From Nitrospirota bacterium (lineage in GTDB: Bacteria; Nitrospirota; UBA9217), in the NCBI GenBank assembly GCA_963663225.1, contig OY760142.1, positions 2,688,001-2,752,000 of the forward strand: a stretch of 64,000 nucleotides of DNA, written 5' to 3'. The translations under genes and the position numbers were made by a program. Each line of letters opens with the position of its first letter. Within the stretch, counting starts at the first letter, position 1. The notes beneath the pieces were generated by a model, which saw only the letters and a list, made by a program, of their open reading frames with translations, ran no database searches and had not been told where the DNA came from. Shown here one piece after another: positions 20,299 to 31,876 of this stretch.

Positions 20299-20895
20299 AT
20301 GTCTTTGAGAATATATCTTATGCGCCACGGTGAAGTTTTGAACGGCGACAAAGAACATTATAACGGCCATATCGATATTGATATTACCTCGAACGGTCTT
20401 CAGCAAATGCACCGACTTGCCGATATTCTTGCCGAAAAAAACATTTCCATTGTCTATTCGAGCGATCTTCTCAGAACGGTCAAAGGGGCGAAAATTATTG
20501 CCGAACGAACCAACGCCCCTTTTGTCCCGCTAAGAGAATTGAGAGAACGAAGCGTAGGGAAGTGGGAAGGTTTTACGGTGGAGGAAATCAAGGATCGTTT
20601 TCCTGCCGAATATTCAGCCTGGCAGGCTGATCTATTGAACTATCGGCCTCAGGGTGGGGAGAACGTGATTGATGTGCAAAACAGGATACTTCCTGTATTT
20701 AAACGGCTGGTGGCTTCACATGCAAATCAGGAAATCGCGATGATGCTGCATGGAGGGATAAACAGGGTGATTCTTGCGGATATACTGGGTATACACCCGC
20801 TGAACTTATTCAGAATTGAGCAGTCTTTCGGCGCGCTTAATATCATCGATTATCGCGAGGACGGCGCCCCGGTGGTTACACTCCTGAATGGTTGA
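20299..20895 (+). CDS. Histidine phosphatase (CobC/alpha-ribazole phosphatase-like)
   Basis: RHGE and HGG motifs; follows cobS. Confidence 0.85.
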   Translation: MSLRIYLMRHGEVLNGDKEHYNGHIDIDITSNGLQQMHRLADILAEKNISIVYSSDLLRTVKGAKIIAERTNAPFVPLRELRERSVGKWEGFTVEEIKDRFPAEYSAWQADLLNYRPQGGENVIDVQNRILPVFKRLVASHANQEIAMMLHGGINRVILADILGIHPLNLFRIEQSFGALNIIDYREDGAPVVTLLNG

Positions 20896-20952
20896 TCAAA
20901 TCCGAAAACCACTTGACTTTTTAGTCTGTTTACGGTAATTTACAAGCAAATA

Positions 20953-21045
20953 AAGCTGGGGGAGCCGAGTTGGCTGAGAGTTCAGATTTTCTGGACGACC
21001 CTTAGAACCTGATCCGGGTAGTTCCGGCGTAGGGAAGGCAAGCTA
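20953..21045 (+). ncRNA. TPP riboswitch (THI element)
   Basis: GGGGAGC...GCTGAGA...GACCCTTAGAACCTGATCCGGGTA...CCGGCGTAGGGAAG upstream of thiS; TTGACT-17-TAATTT promoter at 20913. Confidence 0.95.
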
Positions 21046-21057
21046 ACAATAAGCTTT

Positions 21058-21088
21058 TAAGCCGTATCCTTCCGGATGCGGCTTTTTT
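21058..21088 (+). terminator. Riboswitch expression-platform terminator
   Basis: AAGCCGTATCC-TTCC-GGATGCGGCTTTTTT. Confidence 0.85.
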
Positions 21089-21109
21089 GTTGTCACGAGG
21101 ACAGTACCG

Positions 21110-21310
21110 ATGACAGTTACGATAAACGGTGAACAAAAAAAAATTCAGGATAATTTGACCATTACCGGATTGCTTGAACATCTGAGCATTCAACACCAGC
21201 GTGTGGCCGTCGAGTTAAACCTTGAAATTGTGAAAAAGAACAGCTATGGCTCGACTTTTGTGAATGAAGGTGACAGCCTGGAAATAGTCAGTTTCATGGC
21301 CGGCGGGTAG
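21110..21310 (+). CDS. thiS: Sulfur carrier protein ThiS
   Basis: 66 aa ending in GG; VAVELN; first gene after the TPP riboswitch. Confidence 0.95.
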   Translation: MTVTINGEQKKIQDNLTITGLLEHLSIQHQRVAVELNLEIVKKNSYGSTFVNEGDSLEIVSFMAGG

Positions 21311-21360
21311 CATTTTCTAAGAAACCATTACCGTTTTTACAGCGAAGGAGCATACTTCTC

Positions 21361-22137
21361 ATGAGTGATACATTAACGATAGCAGGAATTGAGTTTAACT
21401 CCCGCCTTTGGGTGGGGACTGGAAAATACAAGGATTTTGCTGAAACAAAACGGGCGATTGAGGCTTCGGGTACCGACGTCGTCACCGTGGCGGTACGGCG
21501 GGTAAATATTATCGACCGGAGCAAGGAAAACCTGCTGGATTATATCGATCCTAAAAAATACAAGATACTTCCCAACACTGCCGGCTGTTACACGGCCAAA
21601 GATGCAATCCGGACGGCGATGCTTGCAGCAGAAGCGGGAATATCCAAACTGGTGAAACTCGAAGTGATCGGAGACGAGAAAACTCTCTTTCCCGACAATG
21701 AGGCTTTGCTGGAAGCGGCCAAAGTCCTCGTAAAAGAAGGTTTGATCGTGCTGCCATACGTCATCGATGATCCGATCATGGCGAAGAAACTTATTGATAT
21801 CGGCTGCCCTGCCGTCATGCCGCTCGCCGCGCCTATCGGTTCAGGCCTCGGCATCCGCAACCCGTATAACATAAAAATCATTCTGGAAACAGTGAAAGTT
21901 CCCGTTGTTGTTGACGCCGGTGTCGGCACGGCCTCGGATGTGGCGCTTGCGATGGAGTTGGGCTGCGATGCGGTTTTGCTGAATACAGCCATTGCGGGTG
22001 CCAAAGACCCGATTGCAATGGCAGAAGCCATGAAATACGGCGTGCTTGCGGGGAGGCTTGCATATAAAGCGGGCAGGATACCCCGGAAGCTATATGCCAC
22101 TGCCAGCAGCCCGATGGAAGGTTTAATCGGGAGCTAA
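21361..22137 (+). CDS. thiG: Thiazole synthase
   Basis: GTGKY, LPNTAGC, KLEVIGD and VDAGVG motifs. Confidence 0.97.
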   Translation: MSDTLTIAGIEFNSRLWVGTGKYKDFAETKRAIEASGTDVVTVAVRRVNIIDRSKENLLDYIDPKKYKILPNTAGCYTAKDAIRTAMLAAEAGISKLVKLEVIGDEKTLFPDNEALLEAAKVLVKEGLIVLPYVIDDPIMAKKLIDIGCPAVMPLAAPIGSGLGIRNPYNIKIILETVKVPVVVDAGVGTASDVALAMELGCDAVLLNTAIAGAKDPIAMAEAMKYGVLAGRLAYKAGRIPRKLYATASSPMEGLIGS

Positions 22138-22186
22138 CAATATCCGGAAAACGGGCTTTGGGATATTTTTTTGCTCCGGGAGAAGT

Positions 22187-22816
22187 TTGTTGCCTGTTGA
22201 TTTCAAGCTCTACCTGATTACGGACCGGAAACAAACACGGGTCCCTCTTGCTGAAGCGGTTGGACGTGCCCTCCGCAGCGGAGTTCGGGCGGTTCAGTTA
22301 CGCGAAAAGGATTTGCCTCTTCGGGAGCTTTTGGCTCTCGGGCGAGATGTGCGCAGCATTACTGCCGAGTTCAATGCAAAATTGTTCGTGAACGATCGCG
22401 TGGATGCGGCTGTTTCCATCGGTGCTGATGGAGTTCATCTTGGACAGCAGAGCATGCCGGTTTCAGCAGTCCGCAGAATCGTGGGACAGGACATGATGAT
22501 AGGCGTGTCCACACATACGGTATATGAGGCAAGAGATGCGGAGGCGGGTGGCGCTGATTTTATAACATTCGGACCGGTTTTCTTTACACCATCTAAGGTT
22601 CAATACGGTGCACCCGTCGGATTGCAAACGCTTACGATGGTAAAACAACATGTGCATCTTCCTGTCTTCGGGCTTGGTGGCATAAAACCGGGCGATTTAC
22701 GAACAGTTTTAAGTGCCGGTGCAGACGGGGTGGCAGTGATTTCCGCGATTCTTGCTGCTGATGATATACAAATGGCATCACGGAATATTTTTGATGCGAT
22801 GCAGATATTACGGTAA
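22187..22816 (+). CDS. thiE: Thiamine-phosphate synthase
   Basis: VQLREK, NDRVD, GVHLGQ and GVSTH motifs. Confidence 0.93.
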   Translation: MLPVDFKLYLITDRKQTRVPLAEAVGRALRSGVRAVQLREKDLPLRELLALGRDVRSITAEFNAKLFVNDRVDAAVSIGADGVHLGQQSMPVSAVRRIVGQDMMIGVSTHTVYEARDAEAGGADFITFGPVFFTPSKVQYGAPVGLQTLTMVKQHVHLPVFGLGGIKPGDLRTVLSAGADGVAVISAILAADDIQMASRNIFDAMQILR

Positions 22817-22844
22817 TTTACTTTAATTTGCAAGGGAGTCTATC

Positions 22845-24146
22845 ATGACACAAATTCAGGAAGCTCGAAAAGGAAATACCACGCCGGAGATGGCTGCTGT
22901 TGCCCGTGCCGAGGGGCTCAGCGTTGAGCATATCATGCAGGGTGTGGCGAATGGAACCATCGTCATTTCAAAAAACAACAAGCACAATAAAATCGTGCCG
23001 TTGGGGATCGGAAAGGGACTGCGGACCAAAATCAACGCGAATATCGGCACGTCAAAAGATAGAATGTCTATCAAAGACGAGATTGAAAAGCTCAAAGTGG
23101 CCGTATCCGCAGGCGCTGATGCGGTCATGGATCTTTCAACCGGCGGCCCGATCATCGAAATCCGCAAGGAAATTCTGAATCATTCGACCGTTTCGATCGG
23201 CACGGTGCCGATTTACCAGGCCGCCGTTGAAACCATAGAACAGGGCCGTTCGATTGCCCAGATGGACCCTGAAACTCTTTTCAAAGTGATTGAACAACAG
23301 GCGGAAGAAGGCGTGGATTTTGTAACCGTGCACTGCGGAGTGACCATTGCAAGTGTGGAGAGGCTTAAGCGGCAGGGCAGAATCATGGATGTGGTAAGCC
23401 GGGGCGGAGCATTTCATCTTGAATGGATCATCTACAATGACAAGGAAAATCCATTATATACCCAGTATGACAGGCTGGTCGAGATCTGTAAAAAATACGA
23501 TATGACTTTGTCTCTCGGCGACGGCATGCGTCCGGGCTGTCTGGCGGACGCAACGGATCGTGCGCAGATCGAGGAGCTTATCACACTCGGCGAACTGCGT
23601 GACCGGGCCCATGAAGCCGGTGTACAGGTAATGATCGAAGGACCGGGTCATGTGCCGATCAACCAGGTGGAAACAAACATTAAGATACAGAAGGAGCTTT
23701 GCAAGGGCGCTCCATTCTATGTGCTCGGACCGCTCGTGACCGACGTGGCGCCGGGTTATGATCATATTACGTCAGCCATAGGGGGGGCAATAGCCGGTGC
23801 GGCAGGCGCGGATTTTCTGTGTTATGTTACCCCGTCAGAACACCTGAGGCTGCCGGATCTAGAAGACGTCCGGGAAGGCGTCATGGCTTCCCGCATAGCG
23901 GCGCACGCGGCAGATATCGCCAAGGGAGTGAAAGGCGCGATTGAATGGGACAAGGAAATGGCCAGACGGCGGAAAGCCCTTGACTGGAAGGGGCAAATTG
24001 AACTTTCGATCAATCCGGAACGCTCCCGAAAACTGCGTGAATCCAGCCTGCCCAAGGAATCTGATGTTTGCACCATGTGCGGCGAGTTTTGTTCCATGCG
24101 GGGTGTATCGCAATACTTGAAAAAAGAGGCGAAGAGCACGAAATAA
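22845..24146 (+). CDS. thiC: Phosphomethylpyrimidine synthase
   Basis: KINANIG, DLSTG and SRGG motifs; C-terminal CTMCGEFC. Confidence 0.97.
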   Translation: MTQIQEARKGNTTPEMAAVARAEGLSVEHIMQGVANGTIVISKNNKHNKIVPLGIGKGLRTKINANIGTSKDRMSIKDEIEKLKVAVSAGADAVMDLSTGGPIIEIRKEILNHSTVSIGTVPIYQAAVETIEQGRSIAQMDPETLFKVIEQQAEEGVDFVTVHCGVTIASVERLKRQGRIMDVVSRGGAFHLEWIIYNDKENPLYTQYDRLVEICKKYDMTLSLGDGMRPGCLADATDRAQIEELITLGELRDRAHEAGVQVMIEGPGHVPINQVETNIKIQKELCKGAPFYVLGPLVTDVAPGYDHITSAIGGAIAGAAGADFLCYVTPSEHLRLPDLEDVREGVMASRIAAHAADIAKGVKGAIEWDKEMARRRKALDWKGQIELSINPERSRKLRESSLPKESDVCTMCGEFCSMRGVSQYLKKEAKSTK

Positions 24147-24166
24147 CGATAAATCCTGTAATTGAC

Positions 24167-25072
24167 ATGATGCCAAAACAGCGGGAACGGTCTGAATATA
24201 GTTGTAAACGAGGAATACTCGACCAGGCGAAATGGGTATTTTTGCTTCTTCTTTTCTTAAGTGCTCATTTCCCTGCTCACGCGGCAATGAAGCCGCAGCC
24301 GGAAATCATTCTTGATCCTGCTGCACCGGGACCCGGTGACATCGTGGTGCTTACGCTCAAGAATGTACTTGTCCCCCCGGAAGGCACCTTTGACGGCAGA
24401 AAGCTTTATTGGTATCCTGCAAACGGAGCAACAACAGCCTTTAAAGCGATTCTGGGCATTGATCTTTATACAAAACCAGGCGGCTACAGCCTGGACATCA
24501 CTGCGGAGAACGCCGTGATTCACCGCACGGTTGTGATTTCAAAAAAGAAATATCCCGTGCAGCGTCTGAAGCTCCCGAAGGGGATGGTTGAGCTTTCTCC
24601 GGAAAATGAAGCACGCGTGGAGCGTGAACAGAAAAAAATGGCTGCAGTCTGGCCCAACGTATCGCCGCGCGGCTGGTCGGGAAATTTCATCAATCCCTGT
24701 GAAGGGGATATCGTTACGAAGTTCGGCGTTCAGAGAATCATCAATAAAATTCCGAAGAGTTCCCATACGGGCGTGGATGTGTCGGCCAAAGAAGGAGATG
24801 CCGTTCGGGCACCGAATAACGGCGTCGCTGTTTTAATTGACGATCAGTTTTTCTCCGGAAACAGCATCGTGCTTGATCATGGTCAGGGGATTTACACCAT
24901 GTTTTTTCATCTTTCCAGGATACTCATCCGCCCCGGCCAGACTGTAGCCAAAGGCGAGGTAATCGGCCTGGTCGGCTCTACCGGCCGCTCCACCGGCGCT
25001 CACCTGCATTGGGGTGTGCGCGTCCAGGGGGCGCGCGTAAACCCGATGGAATTAATTCAGCTAAAACTTTAA
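24167..25072 (+). CDS. M23-family metallopeptidase (start uncertain)
   Basis: HTGVD and STGAHLHW zinc motifs; signal-like hydrophobic segment. Confidence 0.88.
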   Translation: MMPKQRERSEYSCKRGILDQAKWVFLLLLFLSAHFPAHAAMKPQPEIILDPAAPGPGDIVVLTLKNVLVPPEGTFDGRKLYWYPANGATTAFKAILGIDLYTKPGGYSLDITAENAVIHRTVVISKKKYPVQRLKLPKGMVELSPENEARVEREQKKMAAVWPNVSPRGWSGNFINPCEGDIVTKFGVQRIINKIPKSSHTGVDVSAKEGDAVRAPNNGVAVLIDDQFFSGNSIVLDHGQGIYTMFFHLSRILIRPGQTVAKGEVIGLVGSTGRSTGAHLHWGVRVQGARVNPMELIQLKL

Positions 25073-25179
25073 TAGACGTCAGTATAGATACTCCAGAAAC
25101 CGCTGCGATAAGAAACAATCGATCGAATGATTCCGTGAAAACGGCATCTGTCTCTTTCCCAATTGCTGCATCTCTCTGC

Positions 25180-25953
25180 ATGATGATAAAAGTCCTTTCC
25201 ATAGCTGGTTCCGACCCCTCAGGCGGCGCAGGCATCCAGGCAGACCTTAAAACCTTCCAGGCATTGGGCGCATATGGAATGGCCATGCCTTCAGCCCTCA
25301 CCATCCAAAACAGCAAAGGAGTGAGCGGTGTTTTCACGATTCCCCGTCTCGTCATGCGTCAGCAGTTAATATCTCTCCTCTCTGATATAAAACCTGGTGC
25401 GGTCAAGACAGGCATGCTGCTTGAAGCCGGGACGGTACGTGCAGTGGCGGATATGGTTCAGCATTACAAAATTGAAAAACTTATCATTGATCCTGTCGTA
25501 CGATCCAGTTCAGGAAAAGTGCTTCTTGTTCCTGATGCCGTAAAAGCACTCAAAAGCCGTTTGTTTCCACTCGCGCTGATTATAACTCCCAATATTCCGG
25601 AAGCAGAAGTTCTGACCGGTATGAGAATTACGAGTGATCAGGAAATAGATTATGCCGCGGGTAAATTGCTCGATATGGGGCCGTCATATGTTCTTATCAA
25701 AGGCGGCCACCGATCCGGACCGGCTGTGGACACCTTGTACGGGGGAAAAACAGTGCTGAGTTTTTCCACAAACCGAAGAAAAGGTGAGTTTCATGGCACG
25801 GGATGCATGCTTTCTTCTGCGATAACAGTGTTTATTGCACAGGGATATCCTGTGGAAAAAGCTGTGGAAAAAGGGAAATTTTTTGTGGATATGATGTTGA
25901 AGTCTGCAACGGCAGTGGGAAAAAATAAAAAAACTCGATATTTCCAGTTTTAG
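25180..25953 (+). CDS. thiD: Hydroxymethylpyrimidine/phosphomethylpyrimidine kinase
   Basis: [18 protein letters not shown] and HGTGC motifs. Confidence 0.95.
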   Translation: MMIKVLSIAGSDPSGGAGIQADLKTFQALGAYGMAMPSALTIQNSKGVSGVFTIPRLVMRQQLISLLSDIKPGAVKTGMLLEAGTVRAVADMVQHYKIEKLIIDPVVRSSSGKVLLVPDAVKALKSRLFPLALIITPNIPEAEVLTGMRITSDQEIDYAAGKLLDMGPSYVLIKGGHRSGPAVDTLYGGKTVLSFSTNRRKGEFHGTGCMLSSAITVFIAQGYPVEKAVEKGKFFVDMMLKSATAVGKNKKTRYFQF

Positions 25954-25994
25954 CACTCAATAGAAAAAACAGGCTGAAATCCTTGGAGGGCATC

Positions 25995-26702
25995 ATGCGT
26001 GTTGACGGCAGAGAAGCAGACGAACTTCGCAGAATACGAATTACGAGAAACTACATCAAATCTGCTGAAGGCTCTGTGCTGTTTGAAATGGGCGATACAA
26101 AAGTGATCTGTACGGCAACAGTGGAGAATTCCGTTCCTCCTTTTTTGCGGGGAAAAGGCACCGGATGGGTGACGGCGGAATATTCCATGCTTCCCCGTTC
26201 AACCCAGCAAAGGATAAATCGTGAACGGAGCAAAGTTGGCGGACGCACCCATGAAATCCAGCGTCTTATCGGCAGATCGCTCCGAGCGGTCACGGACATG
26301 AAGGAGCTTGGAGAGCGGACTATATTAATAGACTGTGACGTCATTCAGGCAGACGGCGGTACGCGCACGGCGTCCATAACCGGATCATACATTGCGCTTG
26401 TTGACGCTCTGCGACATATGAAAAAACAAAAGATGATCAGCGTGCTGCCGGTGAAAGACTTCCTTGCGGCGGTGAGTGTGGGAATTGTCTCGGAAAAACC
26501 GGTGCTTGATCTTTGTTATCATGAAGATTCCTCCGCAGAGACGGACATGAATATGGTGATGACCGGTTCTGGAGAAATTGTCGAAATACAAGGTACAGCG
26601 GAGGGCAAGCCATTCTCAAAAACCGAGCTCAACAAACTCCTTGCCCTGGGAGAAAAGGGCATAAAAATCCTGATTAAAAAGCAGAAAGCCGTTCTTGCAT
26701 GA
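25995..26702 (+). CDS. rph: Ribonuclease PH
   Basis: [26 protein letters not shown] and [13 protein letters not shown] motifs. Confidence 0.97.
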   Translation: MRVDGREADELRRIRITRNYIKSAEGSVLFEMGDTKVICTATVENSVPPFLRGKGTGWVTAEYSMLPRSTQQRINRERSKVGGRTHEIQRLIGRSLRAVTDMKELGERTILIDCDVIQADGGTRTASITGSYIALVDALRHMKKQKMISVLPVKDFLAAVSVGIVSEKPVLDLCYHEDSSAETDMNMVMTGSGEIVEIQGTAEGKPFSKTELNKLLALGEKGIKILIKKQKAVLA

Positions 26703-27271
26703 CGATTTTTTTGACATCGTTGAGCATCGTTTTTCTTGCTGAGATGGGCGATAAAACCCAGCTTCTGGCCATGGCTTTTGCCACCCGGTTTCGGTGGCAG
26801 ACGGTATTGTGGGGAGTTTTTGCTGCAACCGCGGTGAATCATCTTCTTGCATCCTATGTCGGCAGTACCATTACTGATTTTGTACCCATTGAGTATATAA
26901 AGATTGCAGCGGCCTTGTCGTTTATCTTTTTTGGTCTGTGGACCCTCCGCGGGGATACCCTGGAAGGAGAGGACAAGAAGTTCAATTTCAGCCCTTTCTG
27001 GACCGTGGCTGCTGCGTTTTTTCTTGCCGAGATGGGGGACAAAACCCAGCTTGCCTCAGTGGCCCTCGCGGCTGAGTTTCATTCCGTCATTCCTGTCTGG
27101 CTTGGGACCACGACGGCCATGGTGCTGGCTGATGCCGTCGGGATTATTGCCGGGATTGTCCTGCATAAAAAAATTCCGGAGAAGCTGATCAAGTGGTTTG
27201 CCGCGCTGGTCTTTATTGCGTTTGGCCTGTGGGGACTATATGACGTCATAATGAACGGTTTTCGTTCATAA
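26699..27271 (+). CDS. TMEM165/GDT1 (UPF0016) cation transporter
   Basis: Two EMGDKTQ motifs. Confidence 0.93.
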   Translation: MTIFLTSLSIVFLAEMGDKTQLLAMAFATRFRWQTVLWGVFAATAVNHLLASYVGSTITDFVPIEYIKIAAALSFIFFGLWTLRGDTLEGEDKKFNFSPFWTVAAAFFLAEMGDKTQLASVALAAEFHSVIPVWLGTTTAMVLADAVGIIAGIVLHKKIPEKLIKWFAALVFIAFGLWGLYDVIMNGFRS

Positions 27272-27351
27272 CGGCATCATTGGAAAACAGTTGGACGTGA
27301 ACATACACGGGTTATTGACACTCAAGTTCATGCTGTGTTATTATCAATCGA

Positions 27352-28173
27352 ATGATGATTGAACAGAAATGGAACCGTCTCAAAGAGTTGCTCAGAGAGA
27401 TGGAATCCGCGGTGCTTGCTTATTCCGGCGGTGTCGACAGCTCCCTGCTGCTCAAGGCAGCAGCAGAAGTTATTGGTGCCCGACTCGTAGTCGTCACAGC
27501 GTATTCTGAAACATATCCACAGTCGGAACTTGCCGCTGCAAAGGAGTTTGCGGAAACGCTGGGGGTTGCGATCCGGGTTTTGCACACTTCGGAGCTGGAA
27601 TCTGAAGAGTTTGTGCGCAACTCACCTGACCGCTGTTATCATTGCAAAAAAGAGCTCTTTGGAAAACTCAGACAGATTGCCGCGGACGAGGGGATTCCGT
27701 TTCTGCTTGATGGCTCGAACACCGACGATCTGAACGATTATCGGCCGGGATCCAGGGCTGCCGGAGAATTTTCCGTCAGGAGCCCCTTAAGAGAGGCGGG
27801 ATTTTCCAAGGCCGACGTCCGTGATTGTGCCCGCATGCTGGATCTGCCTGTCTGGAACAAGCCCGCCCTTGCCTGTCTGTCCTCACGCATTCCCTACGGT
27901 ACGCGAATCACTCCAACGATTCTTGAGAGAATACAATCTGCCGAGGAGTTCCTGCATGCGCATGGTTTCCGTCAGGTTCGTGTACGTCATCATGGAGATA
28001 CGGCGAGGATAGAACTGGAGCAGAACGATTTTGGCCGCGTGCTTTCCGGTGATATGGCAGGGAAAATTATCGCAGAGTTCAAACGGCTTGGTTACATCTA
28101 CGTCTGTCTTGATCTTGAAGGATATCGTACAGGCGCCATGAATGAAGCGCTCGGGAGTTTGCAGCGAACATAG
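27352..28173 (+). CDS. larE: LarE-family ATP-dependent sulfur transferase
   Basis: SGGVDS PP-loop, RCYHCK, CLSSRIPYG. Confidence 0.88.
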   Translation: MMIEQKWNRLKELLREMESAVLAYSGGVDSSLLLKAAAEVIGARLVVVTAYSETYPQSELAAAKEFAETLGVAIRVLHTSELESEEFVRNSPDRCYHCKKELFGKLRQIAADEGIPFLLDGSNTDDLNDYRPGSRAAGEFSVRSPLREAGFSKADVRDCARMLDLPVWNKPALACLSSRIPYGTRITPTILERIQSAEEFLHAHGFRQVRVRHHGDTARIELEQNDFGRVLSGDMAGKIIAEFKRLGYIYVCLDLEGYRTGAMNEALGSLQRT

Positions 28174-28233
28174 TTTTTTTCAATTCGGCTCTCCGCTCAT
28201 ACCACGGAGAGGCCAGCGTCAAGGAGCGTATAC

Positions 28234-29511
28234 GTGAAAGTACTTGTTATCGGCAGCGGCGGCAGAGAACACGCACTTGTCTGGAAAACGGCACAAAACC
28301 GAAACGTCAAAAAGATTTACGCCGCGCCCGGCAATGCGGGCATGGCACAACTCGCTGAGTGTTTGCCGATCAAGGCCGAGGATATTGATACACTGCTCTC
28401 CTTTGCCAAAGATAATGCAGTTGATCTCACCATTGTGGGGCCCGAAGGACCGCTGTCCATGGGCATCGTTGATGAGTTCACGAAGGCCGGTCTCCGGGCA
28501 TTCGGACCGAGCGGCAAAGCCGCGGAGATTGAGGCGAGTAAAACATTTTCAAAGAACCTGATGAAGAAATACTGCATACCGTCAGCTGATTACGGTGTCT
28601 TTACCGATCGTGCTGCAGCCGAGGCGTATGTGCGTGAAAAAGGCGCACCTATCGTTGTGAAAGCTGACGGCCTGGCCGCTGGCAAGGGAGTGATCGTCGC
28701 CGAAACCGTAGAAGAGGCGATCAAGGCTCTTGACCTGATCATGAATGATAAGGCGTTCGGAAAAGCGGGCGACCGAGTGGTAATCGAAGAATTTCTGAAA
28801 GGTGAAGAGGCATCTTTTATGGCCTTTACCGACGGGAAAACGGTCGTTCCTATGGCATCGTCACAGGACCATAAACGCGTTTTTGACGGGGACCGGGGAC
28901 CCAACACCGGGGGTATGGGCGCCTATTCTCCGGCACCGGTTGTGACAAAAGAACTGGAGCGCCGGGTCATGGAAACCATAATGGTTCCCACGGTGCGGGC
29001 CATGGAAAAAGAAGGTCGACTGTTCAAGGGAGTATTGTATGCCGGTCTCATGATTCATAACAACGAGGCAAAGGTGCTTGAGTTTAATGCTCGGTTCGGC
29101 GATCCGGAAACCCAGCCGATCATGATGCGGCTTGATTCAGACCTTATAGCGATCATACAGGCCATTATCGATGGAACGCTGGCAACCATAGACGTGAAAT
29201 GGAAGCCTGAATCGGCCGTATGTGTTGTCATGGCGTCAGGCGGGTATCCCGGTGAGTACGAAAAAGGTAAAGAGATCAAAGGGTTGGAAGAAGCGCTGGC
29301 GCATGACAACGTGATGGTGTTCCATGCCGGGACGGCATTGAAAAATGGAAGACCTGTAACAGATGGCGGCAGAGTGCTTGGCGTTACAGGATTAGGAATG
29401 GTTGTGGCCGGAGCCATTGATAATGCGTACGCCGCAGTGCGAGATATATCTTTCGATGGCGCACATTATCGCAGGGACATCGGGGCCCGGGCGCTTGAAA
29501 CAGGTAATTAG
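28234..29511 (+). CDS. purD: Phosphoribosylamine-glycine ligase
   Basis: GSGGREHA, KADGLAAGKGV, QDHKR and EFNARFGDPE motifs. Confidence 0.98.
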   Translation: MKVLVIGSGGREHALVWKTAQNRNVKKIYAAPGNAGMAQLAECLPIKAEDIDTLLSFAKDNAVDLTIVGPEGPLSMGIVDEFTKAGLRAFGPSGKAAEIEASKTFSKNLMKKYCIPSADYGVFTDRAAAEAYVREKGAPIVVKADGLAAGKGVIVAETVEEAIKALDLIMNDKAFGKAGDRVVIEEFLKGEEASFMAFTDGKTVVPMASSQDHKRVFDGDRGPNTGGMGAYSPAPVVTKELERRVMETIMVPTVRAMEKEGRLFKGVLYAGLMIHNNEAKVLEFNARFGDPETQPIMMRLDSDLIAIIQAIIDGTLATIDVKWKPESAVCVVMASGGYPGEYEKGKEIKGLEEALAHDNVMVFHAGTALKNGRPVTDGGRVLGVTGLGMVVAGAIDNAYAAVRDISFDGAHYRRDIGARALETGN

Positions 29512-29513
29512 CA

Positions 29514-30278
29514 TTGGAAAAAGGGACTGTAAAAAAAATCGCCTTCTTTTTAAACAAAACCCTTCAGGTCCGGAAGATACGAGATGCTTCCGTTAACGGG
29601 TTGCAGGTTCAATCCCGTAAAACGGGACCGATCACCACGGTCGGTTTTGCCGTTGACGCCTGCATCCAAACCTTCGAAAAAGCGAAAGAACGGAACGTGG
29701 ATCTTCTGGTCGTTCATCACGGCATTCTGTGGAAGCCCCGGAAGGACCGCGATCTGGAAAACAAAAGGATCGTCAGCCTGAAAAAAAGCAATATGGCATT
29801 ATATGCCGCGCATTTGCCCCTTGATCTTCATGAAGAATTCGGAAACAATGCACAGTTGGCCCGGTTGCTCGGCGTGCAGCAGCTTCGTAAGTTCGGCAGA
29901 TATCACGGCATCAAGATCGGATATGCAGGCGCATTCAGAGCGGCAACGAGCATGCGTTCAGTATCATCCCGGTTGTCCGATATTCTGAAAGCGGACTGCT
30001 GCCAATATCAGTTCGGCAAGAAACGTATCCGGTCCATAGGGATCGTCTCCGGCGGCGGAGGAAGCATGCTGGTGGATGCGGTTCAGGAAGGTCTTGACTG
30101 TTTTCTGGTAGGCGAGATCGATTTGGGTGTCTATAATGCAGCGAAAGAACACAGAATAAATTTGATTGTCGGAGGGCATTACGCGACGGAAACAGTCGGG
30201 GTGAAGTCCCTGATGCCGCTCCTTAAAAAAACATTTGACGTTTCAACCGTATTTATTTCTGATCCGAAAAAGTTATAA
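29514..30278 (+). CDS. Nif3-like dinuclear metal center protein
   Basis: NGLQV, HHG, HLPLD and GHYATE motifs. Confidence 0.9.
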   Translation: MEKGTVKKIAFFLNKTLQVRKIRDASVNGLQVQSRKTGPITTVGFAVDACIQTFEKAKERNVDLLVVHHGILWKPRKDRDLENKRIVSLKKSNMALYAAHLPLDLHEEFGNNAQLARLLGVQQLRKFGRYHGIKIGYAGAFRAATSMRSVSSRLSDILKADCCQYQFGKKRIRSIGIVSGGGGSMLVDAVQEGLDCFLVGEIDLGVYNAAKEHRINLIVGGHYATETVGVKSLMPLLKKTFDVSTVFISDPKKL

Positions 30279-30322
30279 GTAGCGAAATCAAACTACAAAC
30301 ACAAGATAAGAAGGGGGTTATT

Positions 30323-30946
30323 ATGGTTAAACCGCTTGTTGGGATATTGATGGGCAGCGACTCCGATTTGCCGGTGATGCAGGAAGCGGCCTCTATGCTG
30401 CAGGAGTTCGGCATAGAATATGAGATGTCAATTGCTTCAGCACACCGAACGCCCAAGAAGGTGCTTGAATACAGCCAGACTGCGGAAAAGCGCGGCATCA
30501 AGGTGATCATTGCGGGCGCAGGCTGGGCGGCTCATCTGGCAGGAGTGATCGCGTCCCAGACCACACTGCCGGTGATTGGCGTACCCATGGATTCATCACC
30601 CCTTAAGGGGATAGACGCCCTCCTTGCCACGGTGCAGATGCCTGGTGGAGTTCCGGTCGCCACTATGTCGCTCGGCAAGGGTGGTGCAAAAAATGCGGGA
30701 ATTTTTGCTGCGCAAATCATTGGCACCAGCGATGTAAAAGTCGCAAACCGACTGAAAGTTTTCAAAGTTGAAATGGAGCGCGAAGTGGAGGAAAAAGCAA
30801 AACGGCTTACGTCTCTTTCTGCCGTTATTGCGCACAAGGAGCCTGCAGCCTCCCCTGAGGAAAGTCCGGTCAAGAAAAAGGCCCGCCGAAGACGGAGAAA
30901 AAAGAAAGTTGCCGGCCCGTCTTTGTCGGAAGGACAGTCGTTTTGA
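30323..30946 (+). CDS. purE: N5-carboxyaminoimidazole ribonucleotide mutase with a basic C-terminal tail
   Basis: MGSDSD, SAHRTP, AAHLAG and [10 protein letters not shown] motifs. Confidence 0.95.
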   Translation: MVKPLVGILMGSDSDLPVMQEAASMLQEFGIEYEMSIASAHRTPKKVLEYSQTAEKRGIKVIIAGAGWAAHLAGVIASQTTLPVIGVPMDSSPLKGIDALLATVQMPGGVPVATMSLGKGGAKNAGIFAAQIIGTSDVKVANRLKVFKVEMEREVEEKAKRLTSLSAVIAHKEPAASPEESPVKKKARRRRRKKKVAGPSLSEGQSF

Positions 30947-31857
30947 AAACCAGACCCGAGTGCCTGTCATGCTTCTCCAGCCAGATAACCCGTACTCTGG
31001 CTTATGCGGATGTAAAAGACGACAGACGGCACGATATTCATCAAAAAGCGACCTCTCTCTTGGATGCTGCCGCATGCGATGAAATTCCCGCGCGTATTGC
31101 CACACGCGTGCACCGATTGCTGCGGAACGAAACCGGCGTTGATCCATACCGGCAGATCAAGGACACGTACAACCATATTGCATACAAACAACTTCCGGCC
31201 GTCCGGCATCTGGTCGATAGGGCGGCAGACCGTCTTGAGGCGGGTGTTCGGGTCGCGATTGCCGGAAATATAATTGACTTCGGCATTTTTGAAAGCGTTG
31301 ATCTGGACCGTTCGCTTGCAGACTCGTTCCAGCTCCCATTGTCGCAGGAGGAGTATCAAGAATTCTATCGGGCCGTTGACAAGGCGCAGCGTATTCTCTA
31401 TTTGTGCGACAATGCAGGCGAAATTGTATTTGACCGGGTGCTGCTGGAAGTCTTGCGCAATCGGGGGAAAAAAGTCACCGCGGTGGTCAAAGGGGCTCCC
31501 GTGATCAACGACGCAACGCTCGCTGACGCGGCCTTTGCCGGTCTTCAGGACTGTGCTGAAGTCATTGATAACGGCAGTGACGGCATCGGTACTCTGCTTG
31601 AGGAGTGTTCTCCGCGTTTTATCGATCGGTATCGTTCTGCCGACTTGATCATAAGCAAAGGGCAGGCGAATTTTGAAACGCTTGTGAATACCGGCGACAG
31701 CAGAATTTTCTTTCTGTTCAAAGTCAAGTGCCCGGTTGTAGCCGATGTGCTGAAGCGTGAACACGGCGATATCGTCTTGATGGGAGGGGAAGCCCTTTCC
31801 GAATTGCAGAACGGTACATGCGGGATCGGAATCGCACCTGAAAAAACTTTACGGTAG
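30943..31857 (+). CDS. DUF89/ARMT1-like damage-control phosphatase
   Basis: ECLSC, DPY, AGNIID, DNAGE and KGQANFE motifs. Confidence 0.88.
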   Translation: MKTRPECLSCFSSQITRTLAYADVKDDRRHDIHQKATSLLDAAACDEIPARIATRVHRLLRNETGVDPYRQIKDTYNHIAYKQLPAVRHLVDRAADRLEAGVRVAIAGNIIDFGIFESVDLDRSLADSFQLPLSQEEYQEFYRAVDKAQRILYLCDNAGEIVFDRVLLEVLRNRGKKVTAVVKGAPVINDATLADAAFAGLQDCAEVIDNGSDGIGTLLEECSPRFIDRYRSADLIISKGQANFETLVNTGDSRIFFLFKVKCPVVADVLKREHGDIVLMGGEALSELQNGTCGIGIAPEKTLR

Positions 31858-31876
31858 CCTGCAATTCTTCACAGCT

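Noticed and set aside
27352-30946. larE plus a PurE-like gene as a nickel-pincer (lar) cluster
   Set aside because: The PurE has canonical PurE motifs next to purD; no larA/larB/larC in the window
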